Positions 38,386-48,779 of a stretch of 64,000 nucleotides of DNA are shown piece after piece. The notes under the pieces were generated by a model. It ran no database searches. It was given only the letters and a program-made list of their open reading frames with translations, and was not told where the DNA came from. The stretch comes from Phormidium sp. GTDB taxonomy: Bacteria; Cyanobacteriota; Cyanobacteriia; Cyanobacteriales; Aerosakkonemataceae. A program made the translations under genes and the position numbers. Location of the stretch: assembly GCA_051013385.1 (NCBI GenBank), contig CP143273.1, forward strand, positions 1,856,001 to 1,920,000, in the 5' to 3' direction. How positions within the stretch are numbered: the stretch's first letter is position 1; every line of letters begins with the position of its first letter.

Positions 38386-39006
38386 GTGAATCTAGCAGAA
38401 GGAGTTCAAATTGTTTCCTTTGGACTGCTCTCATTAATGATGATTGGTGCAGCACTGGGAGTAGTGTTGTTGTCTAATATTGTCTATTCAGCTTTTTTGC
38501 TGGGTGGTACGTTTATTAGCATTGCCGGATTGTACATTTTACTAAATGCTGATTTTGTGGCAGCAGCACAAGTGCTAATTTATGTGGGAGCAGTTAACGT
38601 TTTGATTTTGTTTGCCATTATGTTGGTAAATAAAAGGCAAGATTTTACACCACTTCCTAACGCTTGGGTGCGGAAAGGAGCAACAGCTTTAGTTTGTACT
38701 GGTTTATTTGTGTTGCTAGGAACAATGGTTTTGGCAACTCCTTGGACTACAACAAAAGTTGTGGGTACTGTCCCGGCTCAATCTTCTATTGTGACAATTG
38801 GCGAGCATTTTTTCACTGACTTTTTGTTACCTTTTGAGTTGGCTTCTGTGTTGTTGTTAATCGCAATGGTGGGGGCAATTATTTTAGCTCGTCGCGAGTT
38901 CTTACCAGAGCAAATAATATCTCCAGAAACACCTCAACAACCTGCTTTGACTTTACCGGAAAGACCAAGGGATTTGTTAATAGCAGGTAGTGATAAAAAG
39001 GGTTAA
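38386..39006 (+). CDS. ndhG: NAD(P)H-quinone oxidoreductase subunit 6
   Basis: 'QVLIYVGAVNVLILF' and 'PFELAS'. Confidence 0.96.
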   Translation: MNLAEGVQIVSFGLLSLMMIGAALGVVLLSNIVYSAFLLGGTFISIAGLYILLNADFVAAAQVLIYVGAVNVLILFAIMLVNKRQDFTPLPNAWVRKGATALVCTGLFVLLGTMVLATPWTTTKVVGTVPAQSSIVTIGEHFFTDFLLPFELASVLLLIAMVGAIILARREFLPEQIISPETPQQPALTLPERPRDLLIAGSDKKG

Positions 39007-39033
39007 GTTTCACTGTGAGGAAATAGAGGATTC

Positions 39034-39345
39034 ATGCAGTTACAATTACAATATTTTCTGCTAATAGCAGCGGCTCTTTTCTGTATTGGGATTTACGGAT
39101 TGATTACTAGTCGCAATGCTGTGCGGGTGCTAATGTCGATCGAACTACTGCTTAATGCCGTAAATCTGAATTTGATGGGTTTTTCTAATTTTTTAGATCC
39201 CCAAGCAATAAAAGGACAAGTGTTTACAGTGTTTATCATTACCGTCGCCGCCGCCGAAGCCGCTGTAGGATTGGCGATCGTCCTGGCAATCTACCGCAAC
39301 CGCGATACGGTGGATATGGAGGCGTTTAATTTGTTGAAGTGGTAA
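39034..39345 (+). CDS. ndhE: NAD(P)H-quinone oxidoreductase subunit 4L
   Basis: '[10 protein letters not shown]' and '[11 protein letters not shown]'. Confidence 0.96.
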   Translation: MQLQLQYFLLIAAALFCIGIYGLITSRNAVRVLMSIELLLNAVNLNLMGFSNFLDPQAIKGQVFTVFIITVAAAEAAVGLAIVLAIYRNRDTVDMEAFNLLKW

Positions 39346-39510
39346 TGGGTGACTGGGGACTGGGGACTGGGGACTGGGTAGAGAGTTTCTCGTTTAGAGA
39401 GTTTTCAGTTTTCCCTCACGCCTCTCTACCTTTCTCAGTCAAGAGTCCCTAATCCCCAGTCAAGAGTCCCTAATCCCCTGAAAAATATAACGACTGGAGT
39501 TGGTTATTAA

Positions 39511-40434
39511 GTGCAGCTAAAACACATAATCATTGCACACAAAGCAGGAGATGACCTGAGTCGGCAATGGGCAGAAAATTGTGCGCGACAATTGGAAAAG
39601 CGGAATTGTCAGGTGTTATTGGGGCCAAGTGGATCAAAAGATAATCCTTATCCGGTTTTTTTGGCTTCCTCAATTCATAAAATAGATTTGGCTTTGGTGT
39701 TGGGTGGAGATGGTACGGCATTAGCGGCGGCGAGGAATTTAGCGGCGGAAGGGATTCCGATTTTAGCGGTAAATGTGGGGGGACATTTGGGGTTTTTGAC
39801 TCAGCCGTTTGAGGAATTTAAAGATACAGAGAAAGTTTGGGATCGGTTGTTGGAAGATCGTTATGCTATTCAACGGCGAATGATGTTGCAGGCGGCTTTG
39901 TTTGAGGGCGATCGCTCTAATCAAGAACCGATGAGTCAGTACTATTTGGCTTTAAATGAAATGTGTGTCAAGCCTGCTTCTGCCGATCGCATGATCACTT
40001 CATTTTTAGAGATGGAAATTGATGGCGAAGTGGTAGATCAATATCAAGGTGATGGTTTAATTGTGGCTACGCCTACGGGGTCAACTTGTTATACTGTTTC
40101 TGCTAATGGCCCAATTATTCATGATGGGATGCACGCGATCGCAGTTACTCCCATTTGTCCTTTAAGTTTAGCGAGTCGTCCCTTGGTTTTACCTGCTGGC
40201 TCGGTGGTAAGTATTTGGCCTTTAGGAGATTATGATTTAAATACTAAACTCTGGATGGATGGTGTTTTAGCAACGGCAATTTGGCCGGGACAAAGAGTGG
40301 ATGTCAGAATGGCTGACTGTCTTGCTAAGTTTATTATTTTGCGGGAAAACCACTCTTATTATCAAACTTTACGGGAAAAATTAATGTGGGCTGGGGCGAG
40401 AATTCATTACAACAATAATCATCGTCAGGGATAG
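39511..40434 (+). CDS. nadK: NAD(+) kinase
   Basis: 'GGDGT', 'GHLGFL', 'LNE' and 'TPTGST.Y..SA.GP'. Confidence 0.93.
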   Translation: MQLKHIIIAHKAGDDLSRQWAENCARQLEKRNCQVLLGPSGSKDNPYPVFLASSIHKIDLALVLGGDGTALAAARNLAAEGIPILAVNVGGHLGFLTQPFEEFKDTEKVWDRLLEDRYAIQRRMMLQAALFEGDRSNQEPMSQYYLALNEMCVKPASADRMITSFLEMEIDGEVVDQYQGDGLIVATPTGSTCYTVSANGPIIHDGMHAIAVTPICPLSLASRPLVLPAGSVVSIWPLGDYDLNTKLWMDGVLATAIWPGQRVDVRMADCLAKFIILRENHSYYQTLREKLMWAGARIHYNNNHRQG

Positions 40435-40560
40435 GGGACTGGGGATTGGGGACTGGGGACTGGGATTCCTCAATAGCAGTGATGCAGCATATATCCTTTA
40501 CCAACAAGATTGTAGAGACGTTATATATAACGTCTCTACATCATGGGAAATTTAGTGATT

Positions 40561-41226
40561 CTAAGCGATCGGCAAAGAGTTTCTAGCTTCTTGGGCGATT
40601 TGCTCTACTTCATCATTAGTCATCGTTTGCAGTATAGCCAAAGCTTCTGGACTACCTAAACGATTGAGTGCTTGAACTACACGATAACGAATTTGCCAGT
40701 CAGGATCTTTGGCATAGTGACTCAGGAGAGGAACTGCGCGTAAGTCTCCCAATTCACCAAGAGAACTGATAGCGGCTGTTTTGACTAAATCTACCTCTGA
40801 TTTGAGTGCTTCTTCTAGGAGATTAAAAGCTTGGCTGTCTCCCATTTCTCCTAAAGCGGCAATGATGCTCATTTGTAGCAACCACTCCGAGGTGTTGTGG
40901 TAGGTTTGTTCTAAGTCTGAGAGAGCTTCTTTTAATTGTAAAGCTCCTAGACAGTCGGCGGCGGCTGCTTGTACGTCTACTTCCGAGTCGTTTAGCAGGC
41001 GATCGCGCAAGATATCGAAAGATTTTTTCAGATTTTCCCAGCCAAGGGTGTCTAATTGACTAACAGCAGCGTAACGCACTCTGGGGTTGCTGTCCTTGAT
41101 GGGGATTTGCACTAGCCTAAAGGCGTTACGTCTGTCTAACTGGCGCAGTTGGTTGACGGCGCGTAAGCGATCGCTAAGTTCCTCTGAACGAAGCAATTTT
41201 TGCACAGAGTCAGGATTTATGGTCAT
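40561..41226 (-). CDS. nblB: HEAT-repeat phycobilisome degradation protein NblB
   Basis: PBS-lyase HEAT repeats, 'RVRYAAVSQL' and 'DVQAAAADCLG'. Confidence 0.75.
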   Translation of the reverse strand: MTINPDSVQKLLRSEELSDRLRAVNQLRQLDRRNAFRLVQIPIKDSNPRVRYAAVSQLDTLGWENLKKSFDILRDRLLNDSEVDVQAAAADCLGALQLKEALSDLEQTYHNTSEWLLQMSIIAALGEMGDSQAFNLLEEALKSEVDLVKTAAISSLGELGDLRAVPLLSHYAKDPDWQIRYRVVQALNRLGSPEALAILQTMTNDEVEQIAQEARNSLPIA

Positions 41227-41371
41227 TTGTCAGTAAAAAGGGTTTTCAAAGAACAAAGCTGATTGGTCACAGGTCAAAAGATTTTAGATTTTAGATTTTA
41301 GATTTTGGATGGTTCGATCGCAAATCTAAAATCCATATAGAATTCAATGGCAAATGACCAGGACTAATAAA

Positions 41372-41839
41372 CTAGTCTTGACTGGCTGCCATTGCCCGAA
41401 TAATATCTCCGCGAGTGAGAATGCCGATAATTTGTCCCGCATCATCAATGACTGGCAAGCGACGAATGTTTTTGTCGTGCATTAATTGTGCTGCTTTCTG
41501 CAAGGGTTGGTCGGGAGCGGTGGTAATTAACGAATCTTTCGTCATCACTTCTCCCACCGTTTGCCCCAAAGCTTTGTGTAAGTCTCGATCGTAACGGGCA
41601 GGATTTTCTAAGTAAATCACGCTGTCAAGAATCATGATATATGCTGGGGGAGTCACCCCGGTTTCTCGCCACATTAAGTCTGTTTCCGAGATTACACCCA
41701 CTAATTTGCCAGCCTGATCCACTACTGGCAGTCCACTAATACGTCGCTGGGCCATAATTTTAATCGCCTCTTGGAGAGGTGTTTCGGGCCGCACTGAAAT
41801 CGGATCGCGGCTCATTACATCGGCAACAGTTTTGGGCAT
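41372..41839 (-). CDS. CBS-domain protein
   Basis: Two CBS repeats ('ISGLPVVD', 'IRRLPVID'). Confidence 0.9.
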   Translation of the reverse strand: MPKTVADVMSRDPISVRPETPLQEAIKIMAQRRISGLPVVDQAGKLVGVISETDLMWRETGVTPPAYIMILDSVIYLENPARYDRDLHKALGQTVGEVMTKDSLITTAPDQPLQKAAQLMHDKNIRRLPVIDDAGQIIGILTRGDIIRAMAASQD

Positions 41840-42065
41840 AATCGACTAAATTCTTTCCTGATCAATTCCCCGTTATCCTAATTGTAGGAAATAATACGGA
41901 TTTTCTGAGTGCGGTTTACACATTGTTAATTATTCGGGAATGGGGGGGTAGTTCTTAGCTTCGTTTTTTGAGTTTTGAGTTTTGAGTTTTGAGTTAAAGA
42001 GAAAGTTTTAAGTTTATTAACTTCCCCTTGTCTCAAGAGTCCCCTAGTCCCCTAGTCCCCAATCC

Positions 42066-43130
42066 CTAGTCCCCAGTCCCTAGTCCCCAGTCCCTTTGGC
42101 AGTAACCTTGTAAGATGTGGATGCAGTTGGCGATCGCACCGAGATGAGCGATTTCATAACCGTGAGTGTTTTGGGTGGGAAAGCTTAGGCAAGCGGCGCG
42201 GGCAACGTGACCGAATTTCATGGCGATCGAGGCATCGGAACCAAAACCACTGAGAACGGCTAGTTGTAAAGGTATGCCAAGTTCTTTGGCGACGGTTCGT
42301 AGGTCGTTGTTTAATGATTCGTCATAAATTCCGTAGCCATCTTGTGATAATAAAACTGGTGCTTCTCCGTCTTGGATTGGGTATTCGCTGGATAGGGGAC
42401 AAATTTCTAGGGCGATTAAGGCTTCGAGTTTTTGGTTTTGGGTAAAGTAGAGTGCGCCTATTGCGCCGACTTCTTCTTTTGCTGAGGCGACTAAATAGGT
42501 ATCGACTGCGGGTTGTTTGATGTTTTCGGCTAGGGCTAGGAGGATGGCGATCGAGGCTTTATTATCTAAGGTGTAACTGGCGATGTGGTTTTTGAGGCGA
42601 ATCGGGCGTTTGCGGTGTTTGCCAATTACGACGCGAGTTCCGGGGCGAATACCCGCTGCTTCTAGTTCTTCAGTTGTCAGTTTGGTTTCTACCCAGGTGT
42701 CTTCCCATTTTAAGGGTTTGTCTTCTTGTTGGGCTTTTTGCGGTGATTCGTGGGAGACGTGGCGAGATCCAAAGGAAAGAATTCCACTTATTGTTTGATT
42801 GTCGCCTAGTAAGTCTAGAACTCCTTCACCGTAAACCCAAGGAAATGCGCCGCCTAGTTTGCGGATTTGGATTTTTCCTTCTGGTTCGATGCTTTTGACT
42901 ATTGCGCCAATTTCGTCTTTGTGGGCGGTGATGGCGATCGCTCTGGTAGAATCTTTGCCTGGGAGGTGGGCGATCGCATTTCCGGCGCGATCGATCCAAG
43001 CTTTTACTCCTATTGTTTCAAAATTTTGGAGTAATAGGCGATCGATTTCATTTTCTGCGCCACTAGGAGAATGATGCAATACTAATTGTTCGATGATATT
43101 GAATAGGTTGTCGTAGGTTAAGGTGGACAT
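42066..43130 (-). CDS. M42-family metallopeptidase
   Basis: 'SPSGAE', 'AHKDEIG', 'LDNK', 'EEVG' and 'NTHGYE'. Confidence 0.85.
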   Translation of the reverse strand: MSTLTYDNLFNIIEQLVLHHSPSGAENEIDRLLLQNFETIGVKAWIDRAGNAIAHLPGKDSTRAIAITAHKDEIGAIVKSIEPEGKIQIRKLGGAFPWVYGEGVLDLLGDNQTISGILSFGSRHVSHESPQKAQQEDKPLKWEDTWVETKLTTEELEAAGIRPGTRVVIGKHRKRPIRLKNHIASYTLDNKASIAILLALAENIKQPAVDTYLVASAKEEVGAIGALYFTQNQKLEALIALEICPLSSEYPIQDGEAPVLLSQDGYGIYDESLNNDLRTVAKELGIPLQLAVLSGFGSDASIAMKFGHVARAACLSFPTQNTHGYEIAHLGAIANCIHILQGYCQRDWGLGTGD

Positions 43131-43443
43131 TTTTAGTTTTTTTTAACGCAGATGAATGCAGATGTTTATCAGAGCTTTTGGCTTCGTTTTCTATCTTTTT
43201 TTTACCACAGATGTCCACAGATAAACCCTCATGAACACAGATGTTCATGAGGGTTTTTGGCTTCGTTTTCTATTTTTTTTACCACAGATGTCCACAAATA
43301 AACACAGATGTTATTTAGAATTTTTGGTTAGGTAATTAACTGTTGTAGGGGCGAAGCATTCGGGCGACAATTTATGAAATTCAACCAACATATAACTATC
43401 CGAATGCTTCGCCCTCCCCCACAGATATCCTGTATCTACATTT

Positions 43444-43568
43444 AACTTAGATCTTGCACCATTCTCAACAAGGCTGAAAAAACCGGGTTTCTTTATGAAA
43501 AATATAGGCTTTCAGGTTTAGCTATTTGCAAGAAACCCGGTTTTTAGCCCGGGTGCAAGATCTGAGTT
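43444..43568. mobile_element. MITE-like element with 17-bp terminal inverted repeats (related partial copy at about 22714-22798)
   Basis: AACTTAGATCTTGCACC / GGTGCAAGATCTGAGTT (16/17 match) around an internal AAACCGGGTTT..AAACCCGGTTT inverted repeat. Confidence 0.65.
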
Positions 43569-44902
43569 TAATTCTGTGTTGAGTCAGCTTGATTTTTCAC
43601 TTTCAATGCTTCTTTAGCAGATATTCCTTCGGTTGGAGTACCAAAAAACCAGATTGTTCCGGCTGCTTCGGCGCGAGTCACGGGTTTTTTGGGTTGAAAT
43701 AAAGTCGTGTATCCGTAAACTCGACGAATATTAGAAGCGTCTCCGTTTTGGAAATCTGTTAATAATGCTCTTAAGGCTTTTGGCTCAATTTTAAATGTAT
43801 CTTGAAAACCCCAAGTTTGTTTAATTGCCTCAAATGTTGCGCCGGAATTTACTAATTTTGTATCTAAGGGAACTTTCCAAAGTATCATTTGTTCGCGGGT
43901 TAATGGTGCATCAGGACGAAACAGTAATGCGGTGTTATCTCCTGAAAGTTGACTAGGAATTATTCCGGCTTCTGCTAATCCTTGAATTGCGGCAAAGTCG
44001 GGATCTGTACGCGGTACGTCCTGAAAAGCTGGTTGGGAACTTTCGTTAGCTAATCTGATTTGTTTGGCTGGTTCGTTGGCTTTAATCTGATTATTTGCTG
44101 CCATTAACCAACGGGCAAATTCTCTTTTAGTAATTACTTTGTTTGGGTCAAATATTCTGCTGTTTGGCTCGGTTTTTCCGGCAGTTTTGGCTGGAGTTAA
44201 TACTCCTAATTCGCCTAATTCGGTAATATAAGAACGTAATTCTTTTGGGGCTTTGTTGACATCGGAAAATACTATTGATGTCCCAGTTAAAATTGTGGCA
44301 TCAGGTGCGGAAGTTGCTTCTGGTGTCGGTGTAACAGCTAATTCGGGAGTTGCTTCTGTTGTGGGGTTAGGTGTAACGTTACTTTCTGGGGTTGTTTCGG
44401 CGGTTGTTTGTGGTGTTTCTTTAACGTATTGAATCGTAAATTCTGTAACTTCGGGATTTTGTTTAGGTACAGCAGCAACAGTAACTTTTAAATCGTTTAA
44501 ACGTGCTTCTAAATTACCTGTTTGTTGGTTGGGTTGATCTAAAATTTGCCAGTTATTAGCCTGAAATTGTTGTCTATAGAATGCCTGAATTTTGTCTGTA
44601 GTGTCAGGAGTAAACCAGCGAGTGTTAGTAACTGGTAATGTGGAGGTTACTTCTTGTAGTTGTGCGTTGGGGTAACGAGGAATTTCTGTGGGAAAATCAG
44701 CTGGTAATTCTGCTAGTGGTTGATTTTGGGGTTTCGTATTAGCAACATTCTGCCCTAAGTTAGCAGAGTTTTGTTTTAATTGTGGATCGGCTGCGAAGGT
44801 TTGTTCCAAATTTTTGCTGACTGGAGTATTGGCACAAGCAGTCAGGGAACTTAGCAACAAGATGATTAAACTTAAGGAGATAGCCGGACGTTTAGTATAC
44901 AC
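43568..44902 (-). CDS. S-layer homology (SLH) domain lipoprotein
   Basis: Lipobox 'LTAC', 'FSDV', 'FDPNKVITKREFA', 'FRPDAPLTRE' and 'VTRAEAA'. Confidence 0.85.
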   Translation of the reverse strand: MYTKRPAISLSLIILLLSSLTACANTPVSKNLEQTFAADPQLKQNSANLGQNVANTKPQNQPLAELPADFPTEIPRYPNAQLQEVTSTLPVTNTRWFTPDTTDKIQAFYRQQFQANNWQILDQPNQQTGNLEARLNDLKVTVAAVPKQNPEVTEFTIQYVKETPQTTAETTPESNVTPNPTTEATPELAVTPTPEATSAPDATILTGTSIVFSDVNKAPKELRSYITELGELGVLTPAKTAGKTEPNSRIFDPNKVITKREFARWLMAANNQIKANEPAKQIRLANESSQPAFQDVPRTDPDFAAIQGLAEAGIIPSQLSGDNTALLFRPDAPLTREQMILWKVPLDTKLVNSGATFEAIKQTWGFQDTFKIEPKALRALLTDFQNGDASNIRRVYGYTTLFQPKKPVTRAEAAGTIWFFGTPTEGISAKEALKVKNQADSTQN

Positions 44903-45029
44903 CGCAGGAACTCAGAATTCTTTTTCTTCCCTACCCTAGCGTATCAGGAAACAGGTTGCGGGTTTTGGGGGTAATGCGATCGGAAATTACACCCCCAAAA
45001 CCCAGTTTTCCGATCGCCGCCGAGTTAAT

Positions 45030-45290
45030 CTAAAAAATATTCAGGCTATTAGTCATCCTTTCAACACGACTTTGACAAGATGGACAATTACAACCCACAA
45101 TCGATCTCATAATTTCCGATCGTCTATCATTATTTTCTACTGTTAATTGTTGCAGGTTTGATTGCGCGATCGTACTATCTACACTATGAGTGGGTTGTAA
45201 GTTAATTTCCCCAGCTATTGCCGCATTGCTGGATAGTAAAATTATGGCTAGAGAACTACAACCAAGCAAACTCAACTTCTCTGTATTCAT
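45030..45290 (-). CDS. Small secreted protein with GCNCPSC motif
   Basis: Signal peptide ending 'AIA' and a C-terminal CxCxxC. Confidence 0.65.
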   Translation of the reverse strand: MNTEKLSLLGCSSLAIILLSSNAAIAGEINLQPTHSVDSTIAQSNLQQLTVENNDRRSEIMRSIVGCNCPSCQSRVERMTNSLNIF

Positions 45291-45379
45291 AATTCCAATT
45301 CCCTAACAGTCTCCCTAAGTTATTTTATTAAATGATTGTTGCGATCGCCAACAAGTTCCCATTTTATATCAAATCGGAG

Positions 45380-45494
45380 ATCCCCCTAAATCCCCCTTAC
45401 CAAGGGGGACTTAAAACTCTGTATAGTCCCCCTTAGTAAGGGGGACTTAAATTTAGTATGGTTCCCCCCTTGGTAAGGGGGGTTAGGGGGGATC
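45380..45494. repeat. Composite CCCCCTT..AAGGGGG palindromic repeat element
   Basis: Three internal hairpins within outer GATCCCCCTAA/TTAGGGGGGATC arms. Confidence 0.75.
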
Positions 45495-45554
45495 AAGCCT
45501 CTGTAGCAAACATTTACCTAATCCATCTTATCTAGATGCAAAACCTTTTCCCTG

Positions 45555-46601
45555 CTAAACTTTTGACCAAATAATTATTTCTCCGTTGCTACCTCCGGCT
45601 GCTAATTTGTTACCTTGGGGTTGCCAAGCGAGACAGGAAAAAGCTTCACTTGCGCCATCGAAAATTTGGACAATTTCTTCGGCTTCTTGCCAAATTCCAA
45701 TTAATCCGTCTTCGGCTGCGGAGGCGAGGAGAAATGTTTGGGGTTGAAAGGCGATCGCTTGTACAATTCCATCATGGCTATCTAATAATTTACCTTCCCA
45801 ACCTATTGATTCGTCAGCGGCTTTTTCCCAAATTACAACACTTTGACCACTAGCTGCTGCTAAAAGTGGCGCACCAATTGATGTTAACAAATCTGACCAA
45901 TTTAAGGCGCGAATTTTACCGGGAAAACCTCGCATTACCCAAGGTTCAGGACTATCCCATTGCCAAACTACTAAGGTATTATCTAAATTTCCTGAAGCAA
46001 TAAATTTGCTGTCTGCTGACCATGCTAAATTTAAACTGGCAACCGGAATTTCTAAATTTGTTGGATCGTCATCCCAATTTTTCGCATCCCAAATTTTTAC
46101 GCCTAAATGTCCGCTAATTGCTAAGTTTTCCCCGTTAGGTCGCCAAGCTATACTTAATACTGAAGATGACTCAAAATTGAGGGTTACTTCTACTTCTTGG
46201 CTGTCAGCATTCCAAATTTGTACATATTTTCCCATGCTAAATGCTAGCTGGTTAGTGTGGGGATGCCATGCTAGTTTATCAACCCAATTCGTGGCGTTTT
46301 CTAAAGTGCTAATTAGTTGGGTTTCTTCTGGTTGTAACCGCCAAATTTTGACTTCTCCGTTTTGTCCTCCTGCTGCTAAGTATTTTCCATCAGCAGAAAA
46401 GCCAAGACAATCTACAGATTTGTCGTTTGCTGTTTGGAGATAAGTAAGGTTTTGGGATTTTTTTAATAAGATAATTTCTCCGGCTGCGGAACTGGCGGCG
46501 AGAGTTTTTCCATCAGTTGACCAAGCTACAACGGTGATATAATCTGATAATGTACCTTGCCAAGTTTGGTCGAGGATTTTGTTAGCTGCTAAACTAAACA
46601 C
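45555..46601 (-). CDS. WD40-repeat protein
   Basis: Repeated 'LAW.P.G..LA.G......IW'. Overlaps the upstream GTPase gene. Confidence 0.9.
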   Translation of the reverse strand: MFSLAANKILDQTWQGTLSDYITVVAWSTDGKTLAASSAAGEIILLKKSQNLTYLQTANDKSVDCLGFSADGKYLAAGGQNGEVKIWRLQPEETQLISTLENATNWVDKLAWHPHTNQLAFSMGKYVQIWNADSQEVEVTLNFESSSVLSIAWRPNGENLAISGHLGVKIWDAKNWDDDPTNLEIPVASLNLAWSADSKFIASGNLDNTLVVWQWDSPEPWVMRGFPGKIRALNWSDLLTSIGAPLLAAASGQSVVIWEKAADESIGWEGKLLDSHDGIVQAIAFQPQTFLLASAAEDGLIGIWQEAEEIVQIFDGASEAFSCLAWQPQGNKLAAGGSNGEIIIWSKV

Positions 46602-47557
46602 TGGCGAAAGTCCTCTTTTAATTGTGCTTCATCTAAGTTGCGTCCGATAAAAACTAATTCGTTTTTTCGGGTTTCGTTGGGTTTCCATTTGCGATCGGGT
46701 TTTCCTTCAAATATCATGTGTACGCCTTGGAATACAAAGCGTTGATCTTCTCCTGCTAGGTTTAATATGCCTTTCATCCGAAAGATATCTGTTCCTTGAG
46801 TTCGCAATAAGTTAGATATCCAGTTGTTGAGTTTTTCTTCGTCTAATTCGCCTGATTCTACTATGGCGATCGATCCAACCGTTTCATCATGTTCATGGGC
46901 GTTTTCGTTGAGAAATTGCGGATCGATTTCTAAGGCGCGATTCAAATCAAAGGCGTTTACTCCTAACAATGCTTCCATTTCTAATTCGGCGTTTTGAGTA
47001 CGATAAATTTTCGCCATTACATTCATCGCCCGGATTTTCTTTTCTAATTCTTCTAGTTCTTCGGAGGTAACTAAATCGATTTTGTTTAATAATATGACAT
47101 CGGCAAAGGCGATTTGTTCTTGGGCTTCGTCGGTTTCCCAATGTTGCCAAATATGTTTCGCATCGACTACGGTTACTACTGCGTCTAAGGAGATTTTATC
47201 TCTCATGTCTTCATCGACAAAGAAGGTTTGAATTACTGGGGCGGGATCGGCTAATCCGGTGGTTTCAATTACTAGGTGATCGAATTTGTTGCGGCGTTTC
47301 ATTAGGTTGCCAATTATCCGAATTAAGTCGCCTCGAACTGTACAACAAATGCAGCCGTTGTTCATTTCAAATATTTCTTCGTCTGCGTCGATTATTAGTT
47401 GGTTGTCTATGCCAACTTCGCCAAATTCGTTAACGATTACGGCGACTTTTTTGCCGTGTTCGTGGGTTAAAATTCGGTTGAGTAGGGTGGTTTTTCCTGC
47501 ACCTAAGTAGCCTGTTAGTACGGTGACGGGGACGAATCCATTTGTTGTGTTTACCAC
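46589..47557 (-). CDS. COG0523 (CobW/ZigA-like) metallochaperone GTPase
   Basis: 'GYLGAGKTT', 'NGCICC', 'ETTGLADP' and 'NKID'. GTG at 47557 with an upstream AGAGAGG is preferred as the start. Confidence 0.92.
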   Translation of the reverse strand: MVNTTNGFVPVTVLTGYLGAGKTTLLNRILTHEHGKKVAVIVNEFGEVGIDNQLIIDADEEIFEMNNGCICCTVRGDLIRIIGNLMKRRNKFDHLVIETTGLADPAPVIQTFFVDEDMRDKISLDAVVTVVDAKHIWQHWETDEAQEQIAFADVILLNKIDLVTSEELEELEKKIRAMNVMAKIYRTQNAELEMEALLGVNAFDLNRALEIDPQFLNENAHEHDETVGSIAIVESGELDEEKLNNWISNLLRTQGTDIFRMKGILNLAGEDQRFVFQGVHMIFEGKPDRKWKPNETRKNELVFIGRNLDEAQLKEDFRQCLV

Positions 47558-47798
47558 TGTTATTGCCTCTCTGTTGATATTTAGTTGGCTTCGTAATTTC
47601 TTTTTTTTTTGAACCACGAAGGCACGAAGGACACGAAGGAAGAAGAAGAAGAAGAGGATTTGAGAAATTAAGCAGTCTTAATTATTTGTGATTTTTCCTT
47701 TTTTTGAACCGCAGAGACGCAGAGGACACGGAGGAGGAGTTAAGGGGGGGTTATTTCACATTTTAGTTAAGGCTGCTATGGTTTAGAGAAGTGATATT

Positions 47799-47813
47799 TT
47801 ATAATCATTCTCA
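47799..47813. promoter_or_regulatory. Candidate Zur box
   Basis: TTATAATCATTCTCA has one mismatch to the 7-1-7 consensus TGANAATNATTNTCA and lies upstream of COG0523. Confidence 0.6.
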
Positions 47814-47820
47814 TTTTACT

Positions 47821-48726
47821 TTAGTTTTGTAAAAATGGTAGGATTTCGGCGGCGATTTCTTGGGGGAATTCTTCGTGCATTCCTAAAGAACCTGGAAGGC
47901 GGCGGGTTTGAATGTTGGGTAGTTGGGCTAGGTTGTCCATTTCTTGTTTTGATTTGGGGGGACATTGTTCGCCAATTACTATCATTATTGGTAGGGAAAT
48001 TGAGTTAAATAAACTGAGGAATTCGCTGTTTGTTTGGATGGGATCTAATGCGCCTGTGACGAAGGCGACGGGGGCAAATCTTCCGCCTGGTTTTTGGGTG
48101 ATTTGCCATTTGCGATCGATAAAATCAGATGTAAGTATTTTTGGATCGGTGAATACGTGGCTTTGATACATATAACTTAGGAAGGGTGGCGCAGTGTTCA
48201 GGTTGTAGAGAATGTCGCCTAAAATTGGCGATCGCACTGTCTCCCGAATTATACTAAACCAATCTTGCTGTTTTCCTGCCATTGTGGGCAAGGGGCCTCG
48301 CCAAGTCGGGGCGGTTAAAACTATATGCGAAAATAATTCTGGTTGTTGATTCGCTAACCCCATCACGTAACCTGCGCTGTGTCCGGCTGCGACGACGGCT
48401 ACGGGTGTTTTAAAGATGGTTTTGACGAAATCTGCCAAAAATTGCTGATATATGGCTGGTTTGTAGTCTAGGGGTGGGCGATCGGATTCGCCAAAACCGG
48501 GCCAATCTAATGTTACTGTTTGAAAATACGGCGCTAGTAAGTTGGCGATTCCTGCGATTTCGGAACGGCTGGAAACTGTGCTAAAAGCGGGTAAGAGTAA
48601 GACTGGTGTTCCTTCGCCTGCGGTTTCGTAAACTACCCACAATTGTTGACCTTGCCAGTTCCAAGCGTATTTTTGCAAAAGGCTGTTGGTGTTTGTGGGG
48701 GAAGTTGCTGGAGTTGTGGTGTTCAT
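47821..48726 (-). CDS. Alpha/beta-fold hydrolase
   Basis: 'DWPGFGES', 'GHSAG' and a C-terminal 'HEE'. Confidence 0.85.
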   Translation of the reverse strand: MNTTTPATSPTNTNSLLQKYAWNWQGQQLWVVYETAGEGTPVLLLPAFSTVSSRSEIAGIANLLAPYFQTVTLDWPGFGESDRPPLDYKPAIYQQFLADFVKTIFKTPVAVVAAGHSAGYVMGLANQQPELFSHIVLTAPTWRGPLPTMAGKQQDWFSIIRETVRSPILGDILYNLNTAPPFLSYMYQSHVFTDPKILTSDFIDRKWQITQKPGGRFAPVAFVTGALDPIQTNSEFLSLFNSISLPIMIVIGEQCPPKSKQEMDNLAQLPNIQTRRLPGSLGMHEEFPQEIAAEILPFLQN

Positions 48727-48779
48727 GGCTAGAAGGGAAAAAGGTTTTCGTTTGCATCCGTTCTAGCCTTTAATTTAGG

